This document shows positions 25,190-37,274 of a stretch of DNA of 64,000 bases, piece by piece; position 1 is the first letter of the stretch; the number at the start of each line of letters is the position of its first letter. A program made the position numbers and the translations under genes. The notes under the pieces were generated by a model that saw nothing but the letters and a program-made list of their open reading frames with translations, was not told the DNA's origin and did not search any database. Source of the DNA: Eledone cirrhosa (taxonomy: Eukaryota); contig OZ024741.1 of the NCBI GenBank assembly GCA_964016885.1, forward strand, positions 355,322,001 through 355,386,000, written 5' to 3'.

Positions 25190-25525
25190 CTCCACAATTA
25201 TATTGGTGCAATATCCACAAATTTTAAATCGAGGATGTACAACCACACAAATTCTTTCAAGGACTGGACCAAGAGGCATTCCACAAGACTGGCAGACTTA
25301 ATTTGGATGCTAAAGGAAAATAGCACAAGCTTTAAACTACACTGGAGCATAGTGTAACGTGTGGTAGCATAGTCTGTGGGCAGTGGCCACTGCAAATTCT
25401 GTGTGGCAGAAACCATGGAGATTGTAAAATTAAAGCAAAACTTGGTTAATCTCAAGTCTGAAATTATCATGGCTTGCAGGCACCACCGGAAATGCATTTT
25501 TTCTTCACTTAACTTTCCCACCTAG
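25190..25525 (+). pseudogene. Penelope-like GIY-YIG endonuclease remnant
   Basis: Reads NYIGAISTNFKSRMYNHTNSFK...STRLADLIWMLK...WSIV, then CKFCVAE...NLKSEIIMACRHH, with stops. Confidence 0.75.
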
Positions 25526-26490
25526 GAGCTTGATGAGTGCATGGTACATGCAGGCAACCAGTGCACTGGGGTAGCCCTACTTTTTGTCAAGCACTAGAAC
25601 TGACCCTTGGGCCTACTCTGCATGTATAACTTAGCACATATAAGAATGCAAACATACATAAGAACATACTCATACAAGCACACACAACATCGTACACAAC
25701 CTAAAACTTATGCATATCACCACATGCACATACACTCACATGCATGTACACAAACACACCATATAGGCACATACCCAACTTGATCATACATCCTTTTACT
25801 TATCCATCTATGTTTTTTAAAAAACAACTGTATTATTATATTATTTTATTATGTTTGTATTATTTCTTTTATATATATATATATGTGTGTGTGTGCATAT
25901 ATATCATCATCATCATCATCGTTTAATGTCTATCTTCCACACTAACATAGGTTACACGGGAATTGTTCCACTTGAAGCGAGGTTGATTGGATGACCATGT
26001 CTCATTCGTATAGGACTGTATCTGGCATGTTTTCTATGGCTGGATGCCCTTCCTAACAAAAACCACATTTACAGTGTGGACTGGGAGCCTTTTTAATGTC
26101 TCCTACACGACCACTTTACAGCATGGACTGTGTGCTTTTTGTAGTGACACCTACACAACCACTTTAGAGACGGCTTTACAATTTACTTTTCAATGTATTG
26201 TCATACATACTACCTTTATGCACATTTCCAAAGTATTGAATTATTTTTATGTGATGATTAATCAGGTGTTGAGAATATAAACAATGTTTTATTTTTGATA
26301 TGTCCATTGTTATGTAAGACAATCTATTGAGGTGTAAAATTGTGTGTGTGTGTGTATGTATGTGTGCGTGTGTGAGTGTGCACACACACACACACACACA
26401 CATATATATAGTTCAAAAGGACAAACAAACAAATGCAAGAGTCAATTGTACATAATTGTATTAGGTTCACGCTTGGTGAGATTGGAGGAG

Positions 26491-26528
26491 GTTTCGACGT
26501 TTCAGACATAAGTCCTTCATCAGGAAAG
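26491..26528 (-). ncRNA. Minimal type I hammerhead ribozyme (same family as 10749-10786)
   Basis: Minus strand reads tttc-CTGATGA-aggac ttat gtct-GAAA-CG-TC-gaaa, with a GUC cleavage triplet. The downstream aaacctcctcca..accaagcg.gaacctaata is shared with the 10.8-kb copy. Confidence 0.85.
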
Positions 26529-27740
26529 TTGAGAGGAACTTCGAGAGGGAGTAAGGAGGGAAGTTAACGAGAAGAACACGAAAATAAGGGGTGGATGGAG
26601 GGAGAGAGGGAGAGAGAAGGGGGGGGGGCAAGAAAATCAGAGTCTGGGCAGGGATTATGTGTGGATGTAAGTATGAGAGTTTGGAAGGAAGTGAGTGCAT
26701 GTGAATGTAGGTTTTGATAAAACATTGTGTGTGTGTTGGGGTGGAGTATATGTCTGTGCATGTTGGGGTGGAGTATATGTCTGTGCATGTTGGGGTGGAG
26801 TATATGTCTGTGCATGTATAGTCCCTGTATGGATGTTGGTGTGTCTTTTAGTGTGGATGGAGGGGGCCAGGTGGGATGAGAACTTGTCAAATCTGGGGTG
26901 AAGTGTGGGTGTATGTGTAGATTGGCATGTGTGAGTGTGTGTGTGTGTGTGCGTGTATGGTTAAAATAAGGGGATTTGTGGTATGTTTGTACGTGATGTG
27001 GGTTTGTGTAAGGTGCATAGTTGTGTGTGTGCAGAAATAGTGTATGTGTCTATGTTTCTGTATGGATGTTGATGTGTATGTGTGTGGATGGTAAAAATCT
27101 GAGGGTAGAGCGGGTAGATTTCAATGTGAGGTAAAGAGAAAAATGGTGATAAGGAGATGAAATGGCAGTGTGGCGTACACAACCGGAAGTGGTCAAGTCG
27201 AAAGATTGGCAGCACAGGTTTTATTTATTATACTTTATCCTTTATCTGCATTATCATTGCTTTATCTTTTTATTTCTTGTAAAGATTGGTATTATTTTTT
27301 ATCTTTTTATTTCTTTATTCCTTTTGTACTTACTTCAAAAGACTATAACAGCAGACTTCTGGCAGACTGGCTTCATGCATGAATGGCTTCGGTATGAGAC
27401 CAGCACAAAATGCCATCTTGACCAAGAAACAGCAGTAATAGCCGCTGATTCTAGGTCACCTCACCACTGGGATTTGACCAAATACAATTTAACAGGATGA
27501 ATACGGTGATAACACATTCCTTTAGCAGAGTGTGTGGCAGCCTAAATTAATGAATCGGGATAACTATCTAACTATCCAACCACTCTTAGGCGTGAATCTA
27601 CATTTGAACATATATCTGAAAAGCTTCCGATTCCAGAGTCAGGATCGATCATTAATTGATCGTTCCTTGAGCTGATAAACAGTGAAACGTAAGTAATATG
27701 TAATTAAATATGTATATGATGCAACACTGATTCTTTGTTC

Positions 27741-27834
<94 letters not shown>

Positions 27835-28046
27835 TTAGCGAGAATCGCATTTCGGCGGATGGAAATTAGCAAAACGCAACTTCCGTAATGTGTAGACAAG
27901 TGCTCCATGAATATGAAGAAGATATCAGAGCTATAAACATAAGTTAAAAAGGTCATACAAACTGGGACGATGGTTAAGAAGCCATTAACCACCATAGCCA
28001 AATAAGCAAACAAGCTAAACGGGTCAAACAAAATAAGATATGATTG

Positions 28047-28089
<43 letters not shown>

Positions 28090-28093
<4 letters not shown>

Positions 28094-30690
28094 GCTTATT
28101 AGCCCAACCACCTCTGACTTGGGTCGTATCAGCAAGAACATTCTCGATAGGATCATCCCTGGCATGCGAGACGCTATGACCTATAAACTGTGGTCAAACA
28201 CCGGCCAAGTCATTAGATGGTTCTCAGATCTTGGGTCCAAGGACTTGATGAGGTTTCTCCAGTTTGACATTGATGGTTACTACACTTCTATATCCCCGGC
28301 ACTGCTTAACAAAACATTAACCCTAGCTTGCACTAATTCAGACATAACTAATAAAGAGATTGACATCATCCTTATGGCTAAGCAGACTATTATCGAATTC
28401 AAAGGCTCATTCTGGACAAGAAAGGAGAGAGCGGATGACTTTGATATCACAATGGGCTCTAGCAATTCTGCGCAAGTCACAGACTTAGTTGGAATCTACC
28501 TCTTACACAACATTAGAGCTGAGCTCCCACCTTTGCAAGGCGGATTATATAGGGACGACTCCCTATTTGCGGTCCACAATTGCAAGGATCGTGGCATTGA
28601 ATTGCTCAAAAAACAACTACACAGATTCATTAAAGATAACGGTCTATCTATTACCATCGAACCTAACCATAAGGTAGTGAGTTTCCTTGATGTCACCCTT
28701 GATCTTACTAACAACTTATATTACCCTTATCATAAACCAGGTGAAATACTTACTTATATTAGCCCGCACTCTAACCACCCACCAGCAGTCACCAGAGCGG
28801 TATTAAGTCTATCTCATATAGGATCTCCTTGCTATCCACCAATGAGGAGATATTTAATGCCCATGCGGCATATTATAGTAAGGCCCTTTCTGAATCTGGT
28901 TATACACAGTCTATCTACTACATACCTAAGGGCCATAACACAGAACTTCACCACAACCCCAATAACTTTAACACTAGAACTAGAAATACATTAGCATTTA
29001 GCCAGATTTGCCGGAAGTCTAGGCCTACCAATACCTATACAGCTAATCGTAATAGTGGCAGAGGCCTACTCCCTACTCCTAGAAGCAGACTCAGAATCAG
29101 CCCTAGATTAAGAAATGATAATAGGCCGACCATTAGCAAGCACATTGGCAATAATAACACTTGTAATGCCCCTGCCAACTCTGCTAGACCCCATAGACGT
29201 AACAGGCCTAGAAAAATCACCTGGCTTAAGCCCCCGTCGCATCTAACTTAGCTACCAACATCCCTAAACGCTTCTTCTCCATCCTATCTAACCCCCCCCC
29301 CCCTAACCATAGATATTACAAGCTCTTTCATAAAAACAATATTAAAATCTCTTTCTCCACTACACCGAACCTAGCCTAGCCACATCGCATTTAGCAACTA
29401 TCATAAACTAAAAAAATATAACCCCCCCCCCTCCCCCCATAAGTACTTCACGTAGCCATACCAATACTCATCGTAATAACAGAACACCCCCCTCCAATCC
29501 CACTAGTACACACCAGCTGCATAGTTTAAACAACCCTACTCTTACTATTCGCAACTGTAGTTGCAACTGCCGTAACCCTACTGCATGCCCGCTTAACGGC
29601 CAGTGCCTTACGCCCAATATCGTATATAGGTGCAGGGTTAGAACAGCCTCATCCCCTAGCTCTTATATTGGCTCTATATCAAACCCCTTTAAGGTTCGCT
29701 ATAATGCACACTCATTTTCCTTCCGCGACCCTAGCAATAGATGCTCAACTTCTCTAACTAGGGTCATTAAAAACATTAGACTAGCCAACATTGAACATTC
29801 AATAGCTTGGGATATCTTGGTTAGATCCCCTGCGTTTAATGGGAGAAAAAACTCTTGTGACCTCTGTCTTACCGAGGCCTATCACATACCTTTGTCAAGG
29901 CCACCACCCATCAATGACAGAAATGAGTTGATCATCAACTGCCACCACCGCAGAGCGTGTTCCTTCGCCAACAGAATATTCGACCCAGCTTAGCCTATCC
30001 TTTAGTCATGCCCTCCCTAAAATTAACAAATTAATGACATCATTAGTCCCCCACATAAGCACCTATAAGTTACCTCCCTTGCATTATCTTAGTTACAAAT
30101 CCCACTGCAACTATACCTATAAGCCACCTCCCTACCCTACCTTGGTTACAGCTCCCAGTGGGACTCTTGGCCCTCCAGGGAGTTACCTTGAAACCCATCT
30201 CTATACAATAAGATAATTTTCCTACAAGAAGCCATTTTGGTATGTGATAGGCAACAGTGTTTACCTTCAGCCTTGACAGATATCTAATGTTTATTTATAC
30301 CATACACCTGAAATTCTCCAGTGCCAAGGCACCCCATCTAGGGAGTTGCTAATCTGAAGTTTCTTTACGGACACGTAACCCGCCCATTTTATTTTTATTT
30401 TTATTTTTATTTTTACTTTTATTTCTGCTTTATATATAGTAATAATCTCATTATCTCTCCCTAAGTTCCGAAGATCTGCTCCATAATATTCTATGTTGCT
30501 TATATTTCTCTGCACCAATTAATAACTTTCTTACCATCGATTGATCCAGAAACATTATATGGAGTAGTGAAACAATTGTAAACTGACATTACTATCCCCT
30601 TTCTATATTAAACTGCACTTAATATTGATACTCTGTGACTAATGTCTTCTATGTGAATTTGTGGTCTTGATTTGCTTAACTACTGAATAT
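28090..30690 (+). mobile_element. 5'-truncated Penelope-like element, RT plus C-terminal GIY-YIG, frameshifted (resembles Hydra-clade PLEs)
   Basis: RT motifs RLISPTTSDLGRISK, FLQFDIDGYY, FDITMGSS, GLYRDDSL, FLDVTLDL, YHKP and SNHPP. Downstream SCNCRNPTACPLNGQCL..IVY..SYIGS..CDLCLTE..NCHH, stop at about 29992. Flanked by (TA)n. The clade call is an inference. Confidence 0.88.
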
Positions 30691-30904
30691 AAATATATAT
30701 ATATGTATATATATATATATTCCCTCCATTTTACAGCATGGGCAACAACTGCAGAGGATATGAGAAGGCTGGAGAGAAATGAAGCAAGCATGCCCCGATG
30801 GATGTGAAATACTGGTGGAAGGAAGATGCAGTAGAAGAAAACCACGTAAAACATGGGCGGAGGTAGTGAGAGCTGACCTCAGATCACTGCTTTTTCACCT
30901 TGGT

Positions 30905-31960
30905 CACTCTACCACAGCCCACATCCTTATTCTTTGGCATATAGTAGAAGAACTAAAAAACCATGGCATGAAGGCCATATTAGCATTTATCAATTTCTGA
31001 AATGACTTTGATTTCATCAAATTGCCCCAAAAATGCTTGAAATTCTTGAAGCTTACAGCATTCCACCTGATGTAGTCAACACGATCCAAGTCATGTACAA
31101 CAATATCTCTGCAGCAGTAATCACACCAGATGGGGAGACTGATGCATTGAACATCAACACATGTGTTTTCCAAGGTGACCCTCTCGCTCCAATCTTGTTC
31201 ATTATCTGTCCTAGATTATACATTATTAAGTTGCACAGGGTCTCCTCATCAGAGTTGAGAAGGCATGCCCCGATGTTGGTCTGTTTCTGAATGTACCAAA
31301 GATGAAGTGCATGCATTTGAATCCATCTACCAGAGATTGACTGCACACATTAGATGGCTCAGATATTGAACTCGTAAGTGATTTCATGTATCTGGTTGGT
31401 TACACTGACTCTGGCCGTGGCATGAATGTTAGTATTGTTCAGTCATGGAGTGCACTTCACTCTTTACAGAAGGTGTGGAAAGCAGCCACCCACAAGGACA
31501 CAAAAAAGAGGTAGTTTCTGGCCTGCATAGAAATGTTCCTTCTGTACAGTTCAGAGTTGTGGACGTTGAATGCTGTTTGCTACAAGAGACTCGATGATAC
31601 ACACACCAGAATGCTATACTCAGTATACAACATCTCCTGGAGATGTCATCCAACAAACAAGTTACTCTGTATGGATCCCTGCCTTGCATCTCTGATGTTG
31701 TGAAGTATAGTCATCTGGCCCTTGCCAGTCATGTCACTCGCCATGATAAACCAACTGGAAGATTGCTTCTCTAGACTCCAGATACAAAGAGACAAGTTGT
31801 TCAGCTGTATATCACCTTGAAATCAATCATCGAGATGGACACAGGCCTTAAAGGAACAGATCTGTGTGCTGCAATGGTTGACTAAGGACTCTGGAGCTCG
31901 AACTTTGTCAGCACCTCACCACCGCCTCAAAATATCAGATGACTCAAAAGGAAGAAGAAG
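30905..31960 (+). mobile_element. Old degenerate RTE-like LINE of a second family, with a short fragment of the main RTE family at 30725-30885
   Basis: Reads ILEAYSIP..VNTIQVMY..VITPDGET..VFQGDPLAPILFII. (GAA)n tail at about 31950. Confidence 0.65.
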
Positions 31961-34832
31961 AATATATACATACTGGCAATGTAAAAACTGCTACAACTCT
32001 GGGAAACTAAACCAGAACAACCTGCCACCCTCTACACACCATCATAAACTGCGAGCAGGGTACAAATTGTTGTCCTTAAATGCTCGCAGTTTATGCAACA
32101 AGATACATCTGTTCGAATCCTACGTCAGAAGCATCGACCCTGACTTCATCACAGTCACGGAAACATGGGCACATTCCTTACTCTGTGATGGGGTTTTCAC
32201 CATTACTGGGTACAACCTTTTCCGCAAGGACCGCATTAATCGCCGTGGTGGTGGTGTGATGGTCTACGTTCGTTCAAACTTTTCGGTAATTCCTTGCGTT
32301 GATTTGAACGAATCACAGGAAGAAGTTTTTTTCTGTGACATACGTATGACCATGTCAACACTTCTGCTTGGTGTTGTTTATCGCCCCCCAAACTACCATC
32401 AGGACACACAGCTTTGCGATATCCTCAGAGTTGCTGCCAAGAAAACAGCCACTTATGTGTTTATTGCAGGTGACTTCAATCATCCTGAGATCGATTGGGA
32501 AACCTTTCGTTGGCCACAGGGTGCAAACGATTTCCTTGAACTAGTGCTGGACTCAAACTGGTCACAAGTAGTCACCTCTCCAACAAGAGGTGACAACACT
32601 TTGGACCTGATCTTCACCACTACTCCTGAAGTGGTTATCAGTTGTACTACTGAGGAACCTCTAGGCGACTCTGATCATGCTATGATCATTGCCAATCTGG
32701 CACTTGAGGGCAGCAACAAAAACCAGAGCCATCTCCAATCTGCTTGCTTTGATTGGAAGAGGGCAGATTGGAACTTGTACTGCACTGAGCTACAGCGCCC
32801 AAACTGGCATGAGATGTATAACTCTGGAGATGTGAACTCTATACTCCAGAGCATCCTGGACTCAATATGGATAGCGTGTGCAGCATCAGTGCCACGGAAG
32901 CGGAAAAATAACCACCCCAAAAGTGCAATCTGGGAAACTTCAGCAGTCCGACTTGCCAGGAAAGAACGTCGGAACGCTGAACGGGAATATAAACTGCATA
33001 GATCAGATGCCAACAGAAAAAAGCGGAATAAATCTTCTAACCATCTCAAGCAAGTGACAAAGAAGGCAGTGCTTGAATTTGAACAGTGCATCGCAACCAA
33101 TCCCGACAGTAAGGTGTTCTGGAAATATGTTCATTCAAAGCAGAGACCTCACTCTCCAGTTGGTCCTCTTCGCAATCCCCACACAAGCCAGATCACTGAC
33201 GATCCCAAGGAATGCGCAGAACTCATTGCTGAGTGCTATGCAAGTATTTTTACTGTTGAAAACCAGAATGTACCATCTCCACCATCTCTAACATCAAATT
33301 CCATAACAACTATGGAATTTACACCTGCAATGTTGCGACGTCACCTTAAGAATAAGCGCAACTATGCCTCCCCTGGTCTTGATGGTGTGACATACCTGCT
33401 TCTCAAACGTGGCGGGGATTTCCTTTTGCGCCAGCTTTCTTTTTTCTTTCAATACTGTCTCAGCAATGGTGCTACTCCAGAGCAGTGGAAAACTGCCAGT
33501 GTCATTCCCCTGTTCAAAAAGGGCAACCGCATGTCACCTGTCAACTATCGTCCAGTCAGTCTTACTAGCTGTATGGCCAAACTGATGGAATCCTGTGTCA
33601 GAGAAACACTTTGGAACTTCTGGAGCTCTCACAGCCTCATCCGGCCCTCACAGTTTGGATTTATCCCTAACTCCAGCTGCTGTGATCAGCTTATCGAGTT
33701 CCTTGAGGACATCACCCGGATCATTGACAGCGGCTCATGGGTGGATGTTGTTTACCTTGACTTTGCTAAGGCTTTTAATTCTGTGCCACACAAAAGACTT
33801 ATGGCAAAACTCTCTGCAATGGGTGTGAGGGATGATCTTTTCGACTGGCTGAAATCCTTCATTCTCAGCCGAAAGGAAGTAGTCACAGTTCTAGGACAGC
33901 ATTCTTCACCATATGAGATGTCATCTGGTGTACCACAGGGATCTGTTCTTGGTCCTCTTTTGTTTGTGGCATATATTAATGACATAGATGCCAACTTACA
34001 GAATGCCACGGTACTAAAATATGCAGATGACATCAAGCTGTACCTTGAAATCAAAAGGACTGATCCTGAAATTTACAACTCTTTCCTACAATCAGACCTG
34101 GACACAATGCAGCAATGGATCACAGACTGGCAACTGAAGCTGGCTGTGGACAAGTGTACCACCATGCATTTTGGAAGGAAAAATCCAGCGTCCACATACT
34201 CCCTCCACAACACTGACATCAAAAAGTCCTCTTGTGAACGTGACCTGGGCATTACTGTCAGCAACGATTTGCGTTGGACAAAGCATGTCTCTAAGATTGT
34301 CAAGAAGGCCGAGGGTGTCTTGGCATCACTCAGCAAGACCTTTGTTAGCCGCTCTCCAGCCATCTATTTAAAACTGTATACAGCTATGGTGCGACCACAC
34401 TTGGAATTCGCATCATCAGTCTGGAACCCCTATCTTGCTCGGAACATTGACCTCCTGGAAACTGTTCAGAGACGTGCAACCAAGCGCATACCCTCCATCA
34501 GACACCTACCATACTCTGAACGCCTTGCTTCCCTGGGCATGGATTCATTGAAGCTCCGACGTCTGGCAGTGGACTTGGTGAATACCCACAAAGTTTTTAA
34601 CCATCTCGCCAACTGCAATCCTGAGCGCCTCTTTGATCTCCATGTATCTAACACACGTGGACATGCCTACAAGATAAGAAAACAGCACAGCTCCCATGAC
34701 TTTCGCAGACATTTTTTCACGCTCAGAGTTGCTGAAACATGGAACAAACTGCCTGCGTCAATTGTTAGCTGCCGAGACACTGCATCCTTTAAGACACTCA
34801 TGCTTCCCGAAATACGCCAAAACTACACCTGA
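31866..34832 (+). CDS. CR1-type LINE ORF2: AP endonuclease plus reverse transcriptase (recognisable domain starts about 32065)
   Basis: APE motifs SLNARSL, VTETW, GGGV, VYRPP, GDFNHP, LDL and SDH. RT motifs NYRPVSLTS, QFGF, YLDFAKAF, GVPQGSVLGPLLF and YADDIK. CR1-like C-terminus TRGH..FFTLRVAETWNKLP. No stops over 988 codons. Confidence 0.93.
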   Translation: MLQWLTKDSGARTLSAPHHRLKISDDSKGRRRIYTYWQCKNCYNSGKLNQNNLPPSTHHHKLRAGYKLLSLNARSLCNKIHLFESYVRSIDPDFITVTETWAHSLLCDGVFTITGYNLFRKDRINRRGGGVMVYVRSNFSVIPCVDLNESQEEVFFCDIRMTMSTLLLGVVYRPPNYHQDTQLCDILRVAAKKTATYVFIAGDFNHPEIDWETFRWPQGANDFLELVLDSNWSQVVTSPTRGDNTLDLIFTTTPEVVISCTTEEPLGDSDHAMIIANLALEGSNKNQSHLQSACFDWKRADWNLYCTELQRPNWHEMYNSGDVNSILQSILDSIWIACAASVPRKRKNNHPKSAIWETSAVRLARKERRNAEREYKLHRSDANRKKRNKSSNHLKQVTKKAVLEFEQCIATNPDSKVFWKYVHSKQRPHSPVGPLRNPHTSQITDDPKECAELIAECYASIFTVENQNVPSPPSLTSNSITTMEFTPAMLRRHLKNKRNYASPGLDGVTYLLLKRGGDFLLRQLSFFFQYCLSNGATPEQWKTASVIPLFKKGNRMSPVNYRPVSLTSCMAKLMESCVRETLWNFWSSHSLIRPSQFGFIPNSSCCDQLIEFLEDITRIIDSGSWVDVVYLDFAKAFNSVPHKRLMAKLSAMGVRDDLFDWLKSFILSRKEVVTVLGQHSSPYEMSSGVPQGSVLGPLLFVAYINDIDANLQNATVLKYADDIKLYLEIKRTDPEIYNSFLQSDLDTMQQWITDWQLKLAVDKCTTMHFGRKNPASTYSLHNTDIKKSSCERDLGITVSNDLRWTKHVSKIVKKAEGVLASLSKTFVSRSPAIYLKLYTAMVRPHLEFASSVWNPYLARNIDLLETVQRRATKRIPSIRHLPYSERLASLGMDSLKLRRLAVDLVNTHKVFNHLANCNPERLFDLHVSNTRGHAYKIRKQHSSHDFRRHFFTLRVAETWNKLPASIVSCRDTASFKTLMLPEIRQNYT

Positions 34833-35110
34833 TGTGCCCCTTCCATACACATGCACACATGTGTGCACTGTTCATTTTACTGATGTTTGTGCATTGCCCT
34901 ATGTACTGTACATGCACTTTTTTGATGGGTTGTGGTGCACCTGGGCACTGTGCACAATATTTCATTATTGTTATTGTTATTATATCATGACTCATACACT
35001 GTTTATTTTCCTGACATTTGTACATTATTCTATGTACTATACATGCACCTTTGATGAGTTGTAGTGCACCTGAGCACTGTACACAATAATTTCATTATTA
35101 TTATTATTAT
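31970..35110 (+). mobile_element. CR1-type LINE, 5'-truncated but with uninterrupted ORF2
   Basis: See the CDS entry. The 3' UTR has a stem-loop and an (ATT)n tail. TA-rich 5' junction. Confidence 0.9.
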
Positions 35111-35548
35111 ATATATTTGAAAAATGATAAGAATGACTTTTCTGATGTAAAAAAGTAATAATCATCAGAAAAGTAATTCTCATCATTTTTCAAATATATT
35201 TGACTGTATCCAGGATATTTCTTTATTTTTACTATATATATGTATATTAATTACATAAGGCTATGGTGCAACATGTATTGGTTATCATTTGGTTTCCTAC
35301 ACACACACATATGCATACTGAATGAAGGACTCATATATAGTATGTAGAGTCAATATGAAACTAGTTATTTATAATGATTGTTTTCTTCAAAGTTTCATCA
35401 ATGTTAAAGCTTATCAAAAAAAAAAAATGTTTGTTTTAAGGTTTTGTGTGGTAGATAAGCAATAATATTTAAAAAGAAATGGAGAAAAAACAAACAAAAT
35501 AAAACAAGACAAAACATAAAACAACAAAATACCAGATGTTTGTCTTAC

Positions 35549-35898
35549 CTCACAGTATAATCCAGTATAACCTGAAAGGCAGTTACACAGAAAGGAACCA
35601 GGAGGCCCTTGCGTGCAGATACCCCTATTGTGGCAGGGGCTAGAATCACATTCATTAATGTCAATATTGCAATTATATCCTGTAAAACCTTGAGGACAGG
35701 CACATGTGTAATTGAGGCCAGGTTCTGGTTGACATGTGCCACCATTCAAACAAGGGTTCTGAGTTGAGCAAGCATCTTCAATGATTTGGCAAAATCGACC
35801 ATCATTTCCAATTGGACAAATGCAGCGGAACATACCAGGCGCAGGCTGTTGGCATGTACCACCATTTTCACAAGGGGAACTTGCACACTCATCAATAT
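35549..35898 (-). CDS. Multi-EGF protein, exon 4 (DIDECASSPC...GLYCE), 3 EGF
   Basis: Acceptor ttcaacag|AT, donor TGT GAG|gtaag. 350 nt, phase 1 to 0. Confidence 0.95.
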
Positions 35899-36454
35899 CT
35901 GTTGAATAAAGAGGATATTCAAACCTGTTATATCAATATCATTTTGATATCTATTATAAACAAAACATAATGATATTTGTTATATCAATATCATATTGAT
36001 ATCTATTTTATAAAAAAAAATTTTTTTTATTATTATCTGTTATAAAAGAAAATTGAACTTATTAAAGTTTATAAAACTGAAATTATGCAAAAGTTATATA
36101 ATTCTTTCGAAAATTTAATTCTTTTACTGTTTCACTGGTTTTAACATACTTTGTTGTGGCACCATTTTTGAGTATTTTAGTCAATTATATCAACCTCAGT
36201 ATTTTGTCTGGTACTTGAATTATCAATCTGTAGTTATCAAGAGGCTAACTAAACAAATATCACAGGTTATTTTTGATTAGCACACTAATTTAATGGTGAT
36301 CACTGCAGATACACACACACAGATCTGACTCCCCAAACACATTCACATATACACACAGGATATCCAAAATGTCATCAAGGAGTTTGATTCAATTAAATTT
36401 ACCAGCAACATCTACATATCCTTTAAATTACCATCCGCTAGATCTTGTACCGCT

Positions 36455-37056
36455 AAATACTTACCTATGTTCTAGACATGATACATTATTACATATTCTA
36501 TGACTTAACACTTACTACATGGTGTATGCATGCATGGTCCTGTAACTCCTGAGGGAGTCATAGGGGTGCTATATTGACAAACAACATTTCTAGGGCATTG
36601 CCAACTATTCTCTGACACCTACCATATGTTGTATAGCTAAACATTTATGACATGTTCTATGACCTAACAACTACTACATGGTGTTCTGTTAAACACTTAC
36701 ATCTGATGCCATTACCATATGTTCTATTACCTAACATCTATCACATGTATATTTAAACACTTACCACATGTTCTAAGATCTAATAGCTACTTCATAGTAT
36801 TTAGCTAAACATTTACAACTTAATAACTACTGCATGCTATATAGCTAAAAACCACATCTGATGCTATCGTCACATGTTCTATGACTAACATATACTACAT
36901 GTTATATAGTAAAACACTACAACTGATGCCATTGCCATATGTTTTATGACTAAACATGTACTACATGGTGGTCTACAAGCACATGTTCTGCACACCATAT
37001 GTTACCACATGTTGTTGACTGAACATCTGCTACATGTTATACACCTAAACACTTAC
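36455..37056. repeat. Degenerate minisatellite (catgttctatgac-taaca-ctactacat units) abutting the exon 3 donor
   Basis: Recurring ttctatgacctaacaactactacatg and taaacacttac motifs, about 8 times. Confidence 0.6.
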
Positions 37057-37170
37057 CTATTTCACAGAAAAACCCTGTGTAGCCAGTGACACAGGAGCAG
37101 TTGAAGAAACCAATACCATCCTTACATGTTCCCCCATTCAAGCATTGAACATCTTTGCAGTCGTCTATAC
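37057..37170 (-). CDS. Multi-EGF protein, exon 3 (GIDDCKDVQCLNGGTCKDGIGFFNCSC...CEI), calcium-binding EGF
   Basis: Acceptor acaccag|GT, donor ATA G|gtaagt. 114 nt, phase 1 to 1. Confidence 0.93.
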
Positions 37171-37274
37171 CTGGTGTAACAACAGCAACAACAACACTAA
37201 CAATAACAATACCAAAATTCAATAAATGCATCAACAACAACAACAATAAAAGCAACCAGAATAAAGTAAAGATA

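Noticed and set aside
26735-26816. Three 27-bp direct repeats (tgttggggtggagtatatgtctgtgca)
   Set aside because: Contiguous with no spacers and no cas genes in a eukaryotic context, so a minisatellite in a PLE UTR and not a CRISPR array.
30575-30590. GAAACAATTGTA near the 3' end of the 28-30 kb PLE (motif starts about 30569)
   Set aside because: It looks like the 3' half of a hammerhead, but I could not find an upstream CTGANGA core, so it is not called.
31866-32060. N-terminal 65 aa of the 988-aa ORF as a real extension
   Set aside because: It starts at a GTG within the upstream decayed RTE, so it is read-through across the insertion junction.
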